Part shown: one piece after another, positions 1 to 9,633 of the stretch
Layout: every line of letters starts with the position of its first letter
How positions within the stretch are numbered: position 1 is the stretch's first letter
Source of the DNA: Candidatus Opimibacter iunctus
Lineage (GTDB): Bacteria > Bacteroidota > Bacteroidia > Chitinophagales > Saprospiraceae
Direction: 5' to 3'
Assembly (NCBI GenBank): GCA_016716665.1
Contig: JADJVH010000013.1
Coordinates: 38,824 to 102,823, forward strand
DNA length: 64,000 nucleotides
Position numbers and translations under genes: made by a program
The notes under the pieces: model-generated
The model's input: only the letters and a program-made list of their open reading frames with translations
What the model was told of the DNA's origin: nothing
Database searches by the model: none

Positions 1-926
1 AAAATATTGAGCATTCCCAACAAGGTCTTCAGCGGTTTGCTTTTGACATTGATTTTAGTGAGATCGATATCAGGAGACAATATAAATTGCCTGTATCGAG
101 GGTACTCCAGGTCAGAAGTCTGGAATGTATTGGGGCCTTCTTCCCATTTGTTTTCAAAGCCGCCAAACATATTTTCTCCACTATAGCCGGCAGCAATGTT
201 GAGCCATTTTGGAAACCGGCTTTCTTCTTTCAGGAAAGAATGAATATTGACAGACATCCAGATAGTCTGCGCATTGTAGTCCTTGAGAAAAGTCTGGAGT
301 AAGTTTTCACCAAACAAGTCATCTGTTCTCTCCATCAAGGTGGTCGTGCCTCCGGGGACACCCATGATCGGTTCCTGCGGATATGTAAGGTGCGTGGTAG
401 ACATTTTCATCCGGATGCGTTGTTCGTTCCAACCGGCCTGCTGTCCGGCCCACATTCCGGCACCGGCTACATTGAAAGCAAAATCATAAGGTGAAAAGCC
501 CCATTCGGATGAAAACCCGTCCAATACTTCAAGGGTTGTCTGCAAACCGACAGCCACCAGGGCACCGGTCCATATACTTGACTTTCGGTTCATCCCGGTC
601 CATCGCGCCAGATGGTAAGTCCAGTCGGACTCAAAGTAGCTGGTAAACATGTGCCCTGCCTTGTCCATCTGCTGCCATTCCTTGATATCATTGAAGAAAT
701 GGAAGGAGGTACGCGGGTATTCGGTATACCAGAGCTCATTGAGACTGATCACAGCGCCTGTGTATACGACAATGCCGGTTCCAGTCGCAGCCCAAAACCG
801 CCCTTTATGGAGGGTATCAGGAGTGTCCCAGAAGCCAAGGGTGTCCTTTTGGCCAAATGCCAGCACTCCCCACATCACCCCCAAAAAGGCAAGGATTGGA
901 GGCTTCCACCTGACATTTGTCCACAT
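1..926 (-). CDS. DUF2279-like predicted lipoprotein; 3' end lies beyond the left edge of the window
   Basis: Absent from the ORF track because it has no stop inside the window. Reading the minus strand from the ATG at 926-924 gives an unbroken frame: MWTNVRWKPPILAFLGVMWGVLAFGQKDTLGFWDTPD...SFHFFNDIKEWQQMDKAGHMFTSYFESDW... It has a signal-peptide-like N-terminus and the FHFFND..EW..MDK.GH signature I associate with DUF2279. The + strand ORFs at 87-954 are antisense shadows. Confidence 0.65.
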   Translation of the reverse strand, partial: MWTNVRWKPPILAFLGVMWGVLAFGQKDTLGFWDTPDTLHKGRFWAATGTGIVVYTGAVISLNELWYTEYPRTSFHFFNDIKEWQQMDKAGHMFTSYFESDWTYHLARWTGMNRKSSIWTGALVAVGLQTTLEVLDGFSSEWGFSPYDFAFNVAGAGMWAGQQAGWNEQRIRMKMSTTHLTYPQEPIMGVPGGTTTLMERTDDLFGENLLQTFLKDYNAQTIWMSVNIHSFLKEESRFPKWLNIAAGYSGENMFGGFENKWEEGPNTFQTSDLEYPRYRQFILSPDIDLTKINVKSKPLKTLLGMLNI

Positions 927-1030
927 TATTAAAGCTTTGGGCAACATCCGTTAAGAAAAACAGTAATATTTGATATTTTGCAGGCAATTTAGATCAATAA
1001 AACCGGTTGAAAGAACGTCTATAGAAACAT

Positions 1031-2076
1031 ATGAATATACTTCGACTACCCCTGCGCGTTGTTTTTGGCCTATTACTGGTCCTCCACTTTGGGGTATCCA
1101 GGGGCCAGGACATCCATTTCACACTCCATGGAATGACGCCACTTGCCTTCAATCCGGCCAATACCGGCGGGTTCTATGGCTCTTACCGGATCTCCGGCCT
1201 CTATCGCGACCAATACAGAAGCGTGACAGGCAACGGAGCCTTTTCTACCGCAACTTTTTCTGTTGATGTCCCGGTCATCCGTGGCTTCAAGGAAACAGAC
1301 TGGGTAGGAGTCGGTATGTTTTTTTATTCGGACAAATCAGGTGATGCGGGACTGACCCAATCCACCTTTAAGATTTCCGCAGCCTACCACTGGTCGATGA
1401 ATAAGAAAGGAACAAGTATCCTGGCGATCGCTTACCAGACAGGTTCGCTGCAAAGAGAGATCAAGGATGTATCAAAACTTCAATTTGAAGACGCCCTCGT
1501 GAGTGGTGGCATCACGATTGAAAAGCAATTGATGACATGAAGAAAGGATTCCTCGATCATGTCGGCGGATTGAAATTTACCAGGAAAATCAACAAGACAG
1601 ACGAATTCAATATCGGCGTAGCTGCCGGCAAATTCGGACGCCCTGACTGGTCCCTCCTCACACAAGGAGGCAACTACCGTGTTGATCCAAGAGTGCATGC
1701 ACAGATCGGTATGTCCTCCTTGCTCTCAGACAATGTCAGGTTCCTGCCGAATGTCTCCTACCAGAAAATATTGAATAGCCCCGCTTCTACGTTTGTGCTG
1801 CAAGGATTGATCGATTACCTGTACAATGAACAAAAACAAATCGTCCTGAAAGGCGGACTTGGATATCGCAGTGGTGCAGGCATCGGTGATGCTGTGCAGG
1901 TGATGCTGGGTGCCGATATCAAGGAGATCCGCGTCATGCTGGGATATGATATCAACATATCGCCACTTGCCGGAGCGAGTAGTTCACAGGGAGGCTTCGA
2001 ACTCGCCGCCCAATACATTGGTAGGATATACAAGCGTCCAAACCCGGATCCAATTATCTTTTGCCCAAGATTTTAA
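1031..2076 (+). pseudogene. PorP/SprF-family type IX secretion membrane protein, split by a 1-nt frameshift at about 1522-1540 (true pseudogene or homopolymer sequencing error)
   Basis: ORFs 1031-1540 (169 aa) and 1537-2076 (179 aa) together equal one PorP/SprF-length protein. It has a signal peptide, QDIHFT... at the mature N-terminus, and the family-typical C-terminus ...GGFELAAQYIGRIYKRPNPDPIIFCPRF. The second frame is already open from 1522 (KAIDDMKKGFLDHVGG). The junction sits on the A-run in attgaaaagc. Confidence 0.75.
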
Positions 2077-2078
2077 AG

Positions 2079-4532
2079 ATGAAGATGAGCAGAATACTAT
2101 TTTCTTCGCTGCTGGTGATGGTGGCTACCTGGTTGTCCGCACAGCCCCTGGATGAGGTGCCCGTCAAGATGATGATTGAGACAGCAGAAGCGAGCCTTGA
2201 GATCCCGGATTACTATACCGCCCTCGAATGGTATGAAAATGCCTACAAGGAAACCCGGGACCCGGATATCGCCACCAAGATCGCTACACTGCAGATCAAG
2301 ATCAGGGACTATGTGCGCGCAGAGCGCTGGCTTGAAAAAATAGTCGAAAAGGATCAGGGGGAGAAATATCCCTTTACAGTTTTCCAATATGCCCAGGTCC
2401 TTAAGGTCAATGGCAAGTACCAGGAGTCAGTCGATGCCTTCAATTTTTTTGCAGGCCTCAATGTTGCGGATAGCCTGCTTGCACTCGCAGATAATGAAGT
2501 AGCTGGTATCCAGCTCGCCGTGAAGTCCAAACCTCCGATTGACCTTGTAGTAGAAAATGTTGGCAAGAATGTCAACTACTCTTACACTGATGCAGCACCA
2601 TGGCTCGGGGCTGATGGCAATCTATATTTTGCCTCCATGCGCACCCGCGAGCTCATCACACTCAATGGAAAGGAAGGGGATTATTATCTCAAGATATATA
2701 GCTCAAAACCCGAAGCAGACGGAGAGTGGGATGGTGCCAAGCCTCTTGACTCAAAGATCAACCGCGAAGGTTTTCACACCGGCAGCCCTAGTATTGCACC
2801 TGATGGCAGCAGGATGTTTTTTACAAGATCACAACTCACAGGTAATGACCTCACCGAGAGTAAGATATTCATGAGTGTCAACAAGGCACAAAACTGGGGA
2901 GCTCCTGTAGAACTGAAAGGCATCAACGGAAATTATATCGCTAAGCAACCTGCACCGGGCATATTGTTTGGAAAGGAAGTCCTCTTTTTCTCTTCCAATA
3001 TGGATGGCGGATTAGGTGGCTATGACCTCTACTATGCAGATCGCATCAACGATGAGACCTATAGTCTGCCGGTCAACCTGGGGCCTGAAGTGAACTCAGC
3101 CGGTGATGATGAGACCCCATTCTACCTCAACAACAAATTGTATTTCTCATCTACCGGTCATCCCGGATTAGGTGGGTTTGATATCTTCCGAGCTGAATGG
3201 AATGGACAGGATTGGGGCAAGGCAGAAAACCTGGGAGCTGGCTACAACTCTTCCTATGATGATATTTTCTTCTCCGTCAATGAGGATGGCAAGCTCGGCT
3301 TCCTGGTGTCTAACCGCCCTGACGATGAAGCTAAGTCATTGAAATCAAAAACCTGCTGCGATGATATCTATCAGTTCCATATCAAGGATATTGTCATCGA
3401 CCTGATCACTACAGTATACGAAGGTACGACTCCAGTCATGGGCGCAAAGGTGACTGTATTTGAAGTGGATCGTGGCAAGACAGGGAAGTCACAGCAACAG
3501 ATCAACGAAAAGATAAATGACTTCCAGTTTCCGCTGGATCAGGACAAGGCCTATAAAGTACTCGTTGAAAAGGATGGGTACAAGCCTGCTGAGTTTGAAT
3601 TCAATACAGTAGGCCTGGTCGACAACTTTACAAAGCGTATTTCAGTCAAGCTCATCAAGAAGGAACCTGATAATACAGGCATGGAAACGGTTACGATCAA
3701 CGAACCAATCCGCCTCAACAACATCTATTACGATTTTGATGATGACAAGATCCTCCCGGATGCAGAGAAAGACCTTTCCTTCCTTGTGGACTTGATGAAG
3801 AAATATCCGGATATGGTGATCGAGTTGTCATCCCACACGGATGCACAGGGTAATGATGCTTATAATGAGAGGCTATCACAGCGCAGGGCACAATCTGCGA
3901 AGAATTGGATGGTGGCACATGGCATCAAGGAAAACAGGATCGAAGCGGTGGGATATGGTGAACGTAACATCCTCAATGACTGTATCAATGGTATCGAATG
4001 TACCGATGAGCAGCACAGGGTCAACCGTCGTACAGAGTTTAAGATCATATCCGGTCCGACCACCATCGAAGTGAAGAAATCCGATCTCGGAGACCAGAAG
4101 AAAAAAGAGTCACCTTCTAAGATATTGAATACCCCTACAAAGGGGACTACACCGGTCACCGATCCAAAGGTCGAATTGACATTTAACAAACTCATTGAAG
4201 ATCTGGGTACAGTAAAGAAGGGTGAGAAAAGGGAGATGAGCTTTTCGTTTACCAATACAGGCAATGTGCCTATTGAAATCGAACTTGTTTCTTCCTGTGA
4301 ATGCACTACACTGGACTGGCCTCAGTTTAAAATCTTTAAACCCGGCGATAAAGGGGTGATCAATGCCGTCTTTGATAGCAAGGACAAGGAGATCGGGAGA
4401 CCACGGACATCGAGATCATCCTCAAGCAGGGCGATCCCAAGACGCGTGCACCTAAGGTCTATAAAGTGCAGTATAAGTTTGACCTGGTCAAGTAAGGTGA
4501 TCAACGGAAAAAATATGGATACGAACGAATAA
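2079..4532 (+). CDS. Large OmpA-family protein (TPR-like N-terminus, TolB/WD40-like beta-propeller repeats, OmpA C-terminal peptidoglycan-binding domain, DUF1573-like tail); 3' end frameshifted near 4395
   Basis: ATG at 2079 gives MKMSRILFSSLLVMVATWLSAQ, a signal peptide. An OmpA_C signature is present: IYYDFDDDKILPDAEKDLSFLVDLMKKYPDMVIELSSHTDAQGNDAYNERLSQRRAQSAKNWM. The DUF1573-like tail is FSFTNTGNVPIEIELVSSCECT. After ...FDSKDKEIG the listed frame turns into low-complexity RPRTSRSSSS. An alternative frame starting at 4397 reads ETTDIEIILKQGDPKTRAPKVYKVQYKFDLVK and stops at 4493-4495. The shift lies on the GGG run at 4395-4397. A PorP/SprF gene followed by an OmpA-family gene is a common Bacteroidota arrangement. 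Confidence 0.8.
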   Translation: MKMSRILFSSLLVMVATWLSAQPLDEVPVKMMIETAEASLEIPDYYTALEWYENAYKETRDPDIATKIATLQIKIRDYVRAERWLEKIVEKDQGEKYPFTVFQYAQVLKVNGKYQESVDAFNFFAGLNVADSLLALADNEVAGIQLAVKSKPPIDLVVENVGKNVNYSYTDAAPWLGADGNLYFASMRTRELITLNGKEGDYYLKIYSSKPEADGEWDGAKPLDSKINREGFHTGSPSIAPDGSRMFFTRSQLTGNDLTESKIFMSVNKAQNWGAPVELKGINGNYIAKQPAPGILFGKEVLFFSSNMDGGLGGYDLYYADRINDETYSLPVNLGPEVNSAGDDETPFYLNNKLYFSSTGHPGLGGFDIFRAEWNGQDWGKAENLGAGYNSSYDDIFFSVNEDGKLGFLVSNRPDDEAKSLKSKTCCDDIYQFHIKDIVIDLITTVYEGTTPVMGAKVTVFEVDRGKTGKSQQQINEKINDFQFPLDQDKAYKVLVEKDGYKPAEFEFNTVGLVDNFTKRISVKLIKKEPDNTGMETVTINEPIRLNNIYYDFDDDKILPDAEKDLSFLVDLMKKYPDMVIELSSHTDAQGNDAYNERLSQRRAQSAKNWMVAHGIKENRIEAVGYGERNILNDCINGIECTDEQHRVNRRTEFKIISGPTTIEVKKSDLGDQKKKESPSKILNTPTKGTTPVTDPKVELTFNKLIEDLGTVKKGEKREMSFSFTNTGNVPIEIELVSSCECTTLDWPQFKIFKPGDKGVINAVFDSKDKEIGRPRTSRSSSSRAIPRRVHLRSIKCSISLTWSSKVINGKNMDTNE

Positions 4533-4566
4533 GTAGAGACGCGATTAATCGCGTCTCTACTTATTC
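4527..4566. other. 40-nt perfect palindrome (20-bp arms) directly downstream of the OmpA-family gene
   Basis: gaataagtagagacgcgatt/aatcgcgtctctacttattc; each half is the exact reverse complement of the other. Confidence 0.9.
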
Positions 4567-4572
4567 GGATAC

Positions 4573-4603
4573 GGGGCACATGATTATGTGCCCCTTCGTT
4601 TTT
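4573..4603 (+). terminator. Rho-independent terminator
   Basis: Stem ggggcacat, loop gatt, stem atgtgcccc, followed by ttcgttttt. Confidence 0.8.
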
Positions 4604-4641
4604 ATAAAAGTAATTGAGCGCAAATTCATAAAGTACCATCC

Positions 4642-5259
4642 GTGAATCTCTCCCTCCTATACGAACAAGTCACGCAGCAGGATGCTTTCGAATGGGCAGG
4701 TCTGATCACAGGTATCATTTACGTCGTCCTGGCTACCTACGAAAAGCCTTCCTGCTGGATATTTGGGATTATCAGTTCAGCGTGCATAGCCTGGAAGAGC
4801 TTCACGGATTATAAGTTGATGGCTGATGTCATCTTGCAGGTGTTTTATATAGTTATAGGGATCATAGGCATCCTGCAATGGCTTCGTGGGCGTAAAGGAA
4901 GTCAGGAGAAGCCAATCATCAAGACACCTGCCTGGCAGCATATCACGGCGATCACTGGGTGCATGCTGATCAGTTGGCCACTCTCATACCTGTTGGTGAC
5001 CTATGCAGATGCCAGGTATGGGTATCCGGATACATTATTGACGCTGCTTTCGGTTTGGGCTACCGTACTGCTCATCAGAAAGGAGCTGCACAACTGGGTG
5101 TACTGGATGGTCATTGATGCTGTGTACCTCTTCCTCTATTGGCGTAGCGAAGGGTACTTATTTGCCCTCTTGTTTTTAATCTATGCAATTATTTCCGTTT
5201 GGGGATGGTTGCAATGGAAGGGGCATTACCAGAGGCAGATAAACCCTGTGGGAGATTGA
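4642..5259 (+). CDS. pnuC: Nicotinamide riboside/NMN transporter PnuC family
   Basis: 205-aa polytopic membrane protein with a GTG start. Its length and W/Y-rich helices (ILQWLRGRK, VYWMVIDAVYLFLYW, VWGWLQWKG) match my memory of the PnuC family. Confidence 0.65.
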   Translation: MNLSLLYEQVTQQDAFEWAGLITGIIYVVLATYEKPSCWIFGIISSACIAWKSFTDYKLMADVILQVFYIVIGIIGILQWLRGRKGSQEKPIIKTPAWQHITAITGCMLISWPLSYLLVTYADARYGYPDTLLTLLSVWATVLLIRKELHNWVYWMVIDAVYLFLYWRSEGYLFALLFLIYAIISVWGWLQWKGHYQRQINPVGD

Positions 5260-5287
5260 CATATCAACAGTACTATTTTGTACTTTC

Positions 5288-6409
5288 ATGGTGAGCGAAA
5301 AGTTGATTAAAATAAATTCCTTAATGCAACCTGATTTTTTTGTCCATCCAGATATCGCCAAAGCGCAAACGATTTCCACTGAAGTCTATCTCAGCGAAAA
5401 CGTTTTTGCAGCGGCAAAGGAGAAAATATTTGCGCCCTCATGGCAGTTTGCCTGTGATACGGATCAGGTGTTAAATGCAGGTGCAGCATATCCATTCACT
5501 TTTGTTGAAAATTACCTTCAGGAGCCGCTGGTCATCACCTGTGACAAGCAGGACAAACTGCACTGTCTCTCCAATGTGTGTACCCATCGCGGCAATATCC
5601 TGGTGGATAAACCATGCCAGCTGCATCATTTACAATGCAGGTATCATGGCCGCAGGTTTAATCTCGATGGCGCTTTCACATTCATGCCTGAATTTAACGA
5701 GGTAGAAAACTTTCCCTCCGGGAGTGATGATTTGCATTCGCTTCCGCTCTTCCAATGGGGCAAGTGGCTTTTTACCTCGCTTCAGCACGATGCATCTCCG
5801 GAGCCTTATTTCCGGGAGATGATCGACAGGCTTTCATGGTTGCCACTGGATGAATTTAAGTTCAGGCCTGACTTGTCAAGGGATTATACGGTGGAGGCTA
5901 ACTGGGCACTGTATTGTGAAAATTATCTTGAAGGATTCCATATCCCATTTGTCCATGCGGGACTCAATGCCGTCATTGACTATGGTACCTATACTACAGA
6001 GTTGTTCAGGTATTCAAACCTGCAACTTGGTCTTGCCAAGGATGACGAGTTAGCTTTTGATCTGCCTCCTTCAAGTCCCGATTATGGAAAGAGGGTAGGA
6101 GGCTATTATTTCTGGATATTCCCCAATATGATGTTCAACTTCTATCCATGGGGCTTGTCCATCAATATCGTCAGGCCGGTCACGATTTCGAGGACTGTTG
6201 TTTCCTTTCTCACTTACGTATGGGATGAAACCAAGCTGGAACAAGGCGCTGGCTCCAATCTCTTTCGGGTAGAAATGGAAGACGAAGAAGTTGTCCAGGC
6301 TGTGCAGCGGGGCATTCGGTCAAGGTTTTATACCCATGGCAGATATTCAGTAACAAGGGAGCAGGGGACGCATCATTTTCACAGGCTGCTGGCAGAAGCA
6401 TTTAAATGA
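5288..6409 (+). CDS. Rieske [2Fe-2S] aromatic-ring-hydroxylating oxygenase alpha-subunit-like protein
   Basis: Rieske motif CTHRGNIL...CRYHGRRF. Mononuclear iron motif ENYLEGFHIPFVH. 373 aa. Confidence 0.75.
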   Translation: MVSEKLIKINSLMQPDFFVHPDIAKAQTISTEVYLSENVFAAAKEKIFAPSWQFACDTDQVLNAGAAYPFTFVENYLQEPLVITCDKQDKLHCLSNVCTHRGNILVDKPCQLHHLQCRYHGRRFNLDGAFTFMPEFNEVENFPSGSDDLHSLPLFQWGKWLFTSLQHDASPEPYFREMIDRLSWLPLDEFKFRPDLSRDYTVEANWALYCENYLEGFHIPFVHAGLNAVIDYGTYTTELFRYSNLQLGLAKDDELAFDLPPSSPDYGKRVGGYYFWIFPNMMFNFYPWGLSINIVRPVTISRTVVSFLTYVWDETKLEQGAGSNLFRVEMEDEEVVQAVQRGIRSRFYTHGRYSVTREQGTHHFHRLLAEAFK

Positions 6410-6524
6410 TACTTCGACTACGCCCAGCAACCGAGGAAATGAAGAATGAAAAATGAAAAGTGGTTTGACTGTAGACAGATTTACCAGAGATGTTGTATTC
6501 AATAGTAATTTAACTTTGCTAACT

Positions 6525-7226
6525 ATGAAAGCCATCCTCACCATACCCTTATTCTTGTTGTTCTGCGCCAGCATGCAGTCCCAGAATCCACAGTTCGCCC
6601 CGCGCGACGAAACCTATCTCGATGCAAGTCTGAATACATTTGTGAATAATCTTCTGGCGGCTATAGACAGTCGTGACCAGCATTTTTTATTTGATGCGCT
6701 GGAGATCGATGTTGCCGGCGAGCGTGGAGTTGCTTCAGCCGATGAAGACTTCAAGCACGAATGGAATGTGGACCAGGACTCCAGCGTGATCTGGCCACTG
6801 ATGAAGCGTGCCATTCAAATGGGTGGCGTGTTCCTGCATGACACCAATGACCTGACCGGCAGGTATCAGTTTGTGTTCCCCTATGTGTATGACTTGCAGC
6901 TCGATATCGAAGACGACTATTATGCCATCGGTGTTGTGACAGGAAAGAATGTCAACCTGAGGGACAAACCCGATACGGCCGGGCCGATCAAATCAAAACT
7001 CACGTATGATGTCATTTGGTTTCTTGACGGAGAGCAGTACGGAGTGACCAAATCCGGAACCAATCCTTATGGCGAACCAGAATGGTACCTGGTAGAGACC
7101 TATGACCGCCAGCAGAGAGGATGGGTCAACTGGCGATATGTATACAGCCCGATGAGCTACAGGATGTTTCTGTTTAAAGATGCAAAGGGGGCCTGGAAGA
7201 TTTCTGCGTTCATGGCAGGCGATTGA
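6525..7226 (+). CDS. Hypothetical secreted protein with an SH3b-like segment
   Basis: ATG at 6525 gives MKAILTIPLFLLFCASMQSQ, a signal peptide. The segment VVTGKNVNLRDKPDTAGPIKSKL resembles bacterial SH3. I recognise no family. Confidence 0.5.
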   Translation: MKAILTIPLFLLFCASMQSQNPQFAPRDETYLDASLNTFVNNLLAAIDSRDQHFLFDALEIDVAGERGVASADEDFKHEWNVDQDSSVIWPLMKRAIQMGGVFLHDTNDLTGRYQFVFPYVYDLQLDIEDDYYAIGVVTGKNVNLRDKPDTAGPIKSKLTYDVIWFLDGEQYGVTKSGTNPYGEPEWYLVETYDRQQRGWVNWRYVYSPMSYRMFLFKDAKGAWKISAFMAGD

Positions 7227-7353
7227 GGGCTGATGTAAGTGCCTGAATTCTAAGGACATTCTAATTACATTCGAACCGTTTTCTCTCTTCTGGGGCCTAC
7301 TTTTGTATGCAATGCGTTGAAACAACAAATTTGAAATCCCTATATAGATCAGG

Positions 7354-7383
7354 GCCTGGCTAGTTTAGCCGGGCTTTTTTTTT
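7354..7383 (+). terminator. Rho-independent terminator
   Basis: gcctggcta-gtt-tagccgggc hairpin (one mismatch) followed by a 9-T run. Confidence 0.75.
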
Positions 7384-7426
7384 CGATGAGGCCCATCAGA
7401 AGGTGATTATTTATCTTCGGCATCAC

Positions 7427-8680
7427 ATGACTTCAAACGAAAAGACCACCACCGCCAGGATACTTACTCCGGCCGTCATCGTAGCAGCCCTTGGCTATTT
7501 TGTAGACATCTATGATCTTCTACTCTTTGGGATAGTGCGCAAGGCTAGTCTCACAGACCTGGGACTGGTCGATCAGGCCAACAGGGATGCCGGGGAGTAT
7601 CTGATCAGTATGCAGATGTACGGCATGCTCCTGGGAGGTATCCTGTGGGGTATCCTGGGAGACAAGAAAGGAAAGCTATCTGTTTTGTTTGGATCCATAT
7701 TCACCTATTCAGTAGCCAATATCGCCAACGGCATGGTGCATTCTGTGGATGCCTATGCCTTCTGGCGTTTTATTGCAGGTATTGGATTGGCCGGCGAACT
7801 GGGAGCCGGTATCACATTGGTAGCGGAATCCCTTCCAAAGAATAAGAGAGGCTATGGTACCATGATCGTTGCAGTAGTTGGTCTGACTGGAGCTATTGTG
7901 GCTAATCTCGTTTACCAGATTTTCGAAGACTGGAGGTTGTGTTACTATGCCGGTGGAGTCCTCGGTTTATTACTTCTCTTCCTCAGGGTAAGTGTGAGAG
8001 AATCCTTTATGTACAAGCAGGTGGAAAGCGGAGACCATGAGCGGGGCAATTTTCTTTCGCTCTTTACAGATCGCGCACGTTTTGGCAAATACCTGCGATG
8101 TATCCTCATTGGTATCCCCTTATGGTTTTTAGTCGGGGTACTCATCACCTTTTCGCCTGAGTTTGCAAGAGCCCTTGGGGTAGAGGGTGCGGAGACTATC
8201 AAAGCAGGACAAGCAATCGCATGGTGTTATGGAGGGCTTGTCTTCGGGGATATCATGAGCGGGCTCCTGAGCCAGTATTTGCAAAGCCGGAAGAAGGTTA
8301 TGGCGATCTTTCTCACACTCAATCTGTTTATGGTCATGGTCTACCTCAATGCCGATGGCATCTCATCAGCTATGTTCTATCTCTTATGCATGGCGATGGG
8401 ATTTTCAGTTGGCTATTGGGTCATCTTCGTCACTATTGCCGCCGAGCAATTTGGTACCAATATCCGCGCAACCGTCACCACGACCGTCCCCAATTTTGTT
8501 CGCGGTTCTTTGCCTCCGATCATCCTGCTCTACCAGTTTTTCCGAGATAAGACCTTCAATGGAGACATCCTCCAGGCCGGTATGGTCGTCGGTACGATCC
8601 TCGCCGCTATCGCCTTCCTGGCGTTGTGGAAGATGAAGGAGACGTTCAAGGCAGATCTTGATTATACAGAACCGCTGTAA
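7427..8680 (+). CDS. MFS transporter
   Basis: About 12 predicted TM helices. MFS-like loop GDKKGKL after TM2. ATG at 7427 (MTSNEKTT...) is preferred over the GTG at 7403. Confidence 0.7.
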   Translation: MTSNEKTTTARILTPAVIVAALGYFVDIYDLLLFGIVRKASLTDLGLVDQANRDAGEYLISMQMYGMLLGGILWGILGDKKGKLSVLFGSIFTYSVANIANGMVHSVDAYAFWRFIAGIGLAGELGAGITLVAESLPKNKRGYGTMIVAVVGLTGAIVANLVYQIFEDWRLCYYAGGVLGLLLLFLRVSVRESFMYKQVESGDHERGNFLSLFTDRARFGKYLRCILIGIPLWFLVGVLITFSPEFARALGVEGAETIKAGQAIAWCYGGLVFGDIMSGLLSQYLQSRKKVMAIFLTLNLFMVMVYLNADGISSAMFYLLCMAMGFSVGYWVIFVTIAAEQFGTNIRATVTTTVPNFVRGSLPPIILLYQFFRDKTFNGDILQAGMVVGTILAAIAFLALWKMKETFKADLDYTEPL

Positions 8681-8705
8681 TTCTAAATGCTGTAGCATTT
8701 AGTTG

Positions 8706-8750
8706 GCGGAAGAGGCTGAAGAGGCCAAAGGGGCTGAAGAGGCTAAAGGC
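8706..8750. repeat. Tandem 9-mer array, 5 copies, consensus GCTGAAGAG
   Basis: gcggaagag gctgaagag gccaaaggg gctgaagag gctaaaggc. The reverse-complement family recurs at 39214-39275. Confidence 0.9.
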
Positions 8751-8789
8751 AGGTGCGCAATTAGCAAAGATGCTGAGTCACACCCACAC

Positions 8790-8837
8790 TTCTCACGTTC
8801 TCACGTTCTCACGTTCTCACGTTCTCACGTTCTCACG
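8790..8837. repeat. Tandem 8-mer array, 6 exact copies of TTCTCACG, preceded by the CA-rich leader cacacccacac
   Basis: ttctcacg x6, read directly from the sequence. Confidence 0.95.
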
Positions 8838-8867
8838 ATCACCGATCACTCGATCACCGATCACTCG
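8838..8867. repeat. Tandem 15-mer, 2 copies of ATCACCGATCACTCG; overlaps the stop codon of the minus-strand gene 8861-9580
   Basis: atcaccgatcactcg atcaccgatcactcg. The TGA (tca at 8861-8863) of the convergent gene lies inside copy 2. Confidence 0.9.
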
Positions 8868-9580
8868 ATATCAAAGTCTACGTGATAATGATCATCATGA
8901 AACATATTGACGAGATCACTGAGATGAGAGATGATACGAATTTCCCTTCGCTGTAGTTCTTTACCGGATGACGTGCTGTAGAGTTCATCCTGCATATTGG
9001 TATTGAACAATATCTTATGAATCTTCAGGCCGTTTTGACGGGCAGCATCATCCAGGGCAAGGATGTGTCTGGCCATAGTCTCAAAATCAATCTGTGTCTT
9101 ATGGTTGATCGCTAATTGCCCATCCTGGTTGAATTGCAACAGGTAGTGCAGCAATCCCCACCGTGTGGTCCAGGTTTGTTTGTGATCTGTCCTGATCGTG
9201 GGGACCATAAAATCTACGCTTGTACCATTCTGATGCGTCCAGTGAAAAAGCATGCGCCCTCCTTTCCTTCGGGTACATTCCATCAGGATAAATTCTTTTC
9301 CGGGACAGGTGGTTTCGCAGGTTTTGTATGCATCAGTCAGCGTCTTGTAGACACGTGAGTTGACATACGCATTGTTGAGGATGTAATAACTGAAGCGGTC
9401 AAAGTAATGGAAGTTGTCACCCTTAAACGGCATGAGCCATCCGTTGCGCAATTTTCCTGAGCGGACGCTACCTTCAGAGACGGTGGCGCCTTCATTGGTG
9501 TGCACCATCTCCGGTATGGAAAGTATTCCAAACAGGATCACAATGGTGCCCAGGAATATCCAGCGCTTTTTTACGTTCAT
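8861..9580 (-). CDS. LAS-superfamily zinc peptidase resembling penicillin-insensitive murein endopeptidase (MepA/M74-like)
   Basis: N-terminal TM/signal segment. Motifs HWTHQNGTSVDF (H-x-x-H-Q-x-G-x-x-V-D) and FHDDHYHVDF resemble the MepA metal ligands. Confidence 0.55.
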   Translation of the reverse strand: MNVKKRWIFLGTIVILFGILSIPEMVHTNEGATVSEGSVRSGKLRNGWLMPFKGDNFHYFDRFSYYILNNAYVNSRVYKTLTDAYKTCETTCPGKEFILMECTRRKGGRMLFHWTHQNGTSVDFMVPTIRTDHKQTWTTRWGLLHYLLQFNQDGQLAINHKTQIDFETMARHILALDDAARQNGLKIHKILFNTNMQDELYSTSSGKELQRREIRIISHLSDLVNMFHDDHYHVDFDIE

Positions 9581-9633
9581 TGATGACCTGACAGGTTAAT
9601 AAGTAATATGGTCCGTAAGATAGGCTTTCCGTC

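Noticed and set aside
1537-1540. ATGA overlaps at 1537-1540 and 35204-35207 read as translational coupling of separate genes
   Set aside because: In both cases the two ORFs are the N- and C-terminal parts of a single-domain family (the PorP/SprF barrel; the M1 peptidase N-domain plus catalytic domain). The downstream frame is open for only a few codons before the ATG. A frameshift is the simpler explanation. The ATGA overlap of mgsA and uvrC at 31045-31048, by contrast, joins two complete genes and is accepted.
8703-8885. ORF-track peptides lying on repeat arrays: 8703-8885, 12861-13154, 12928-13149, 17322-17555, 23275-23499, 23509-23715, 39121-39318, 42614-42847, 33045-33314
   Set aside because: Their sequences are periodic and low complexity (for example SYQLPATSYQ, SRSHVLTFSRSHVLT). 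They arise only because 7/8/9-nt repeats lack stop codons in some frames. They have no plausible start context or domain content.
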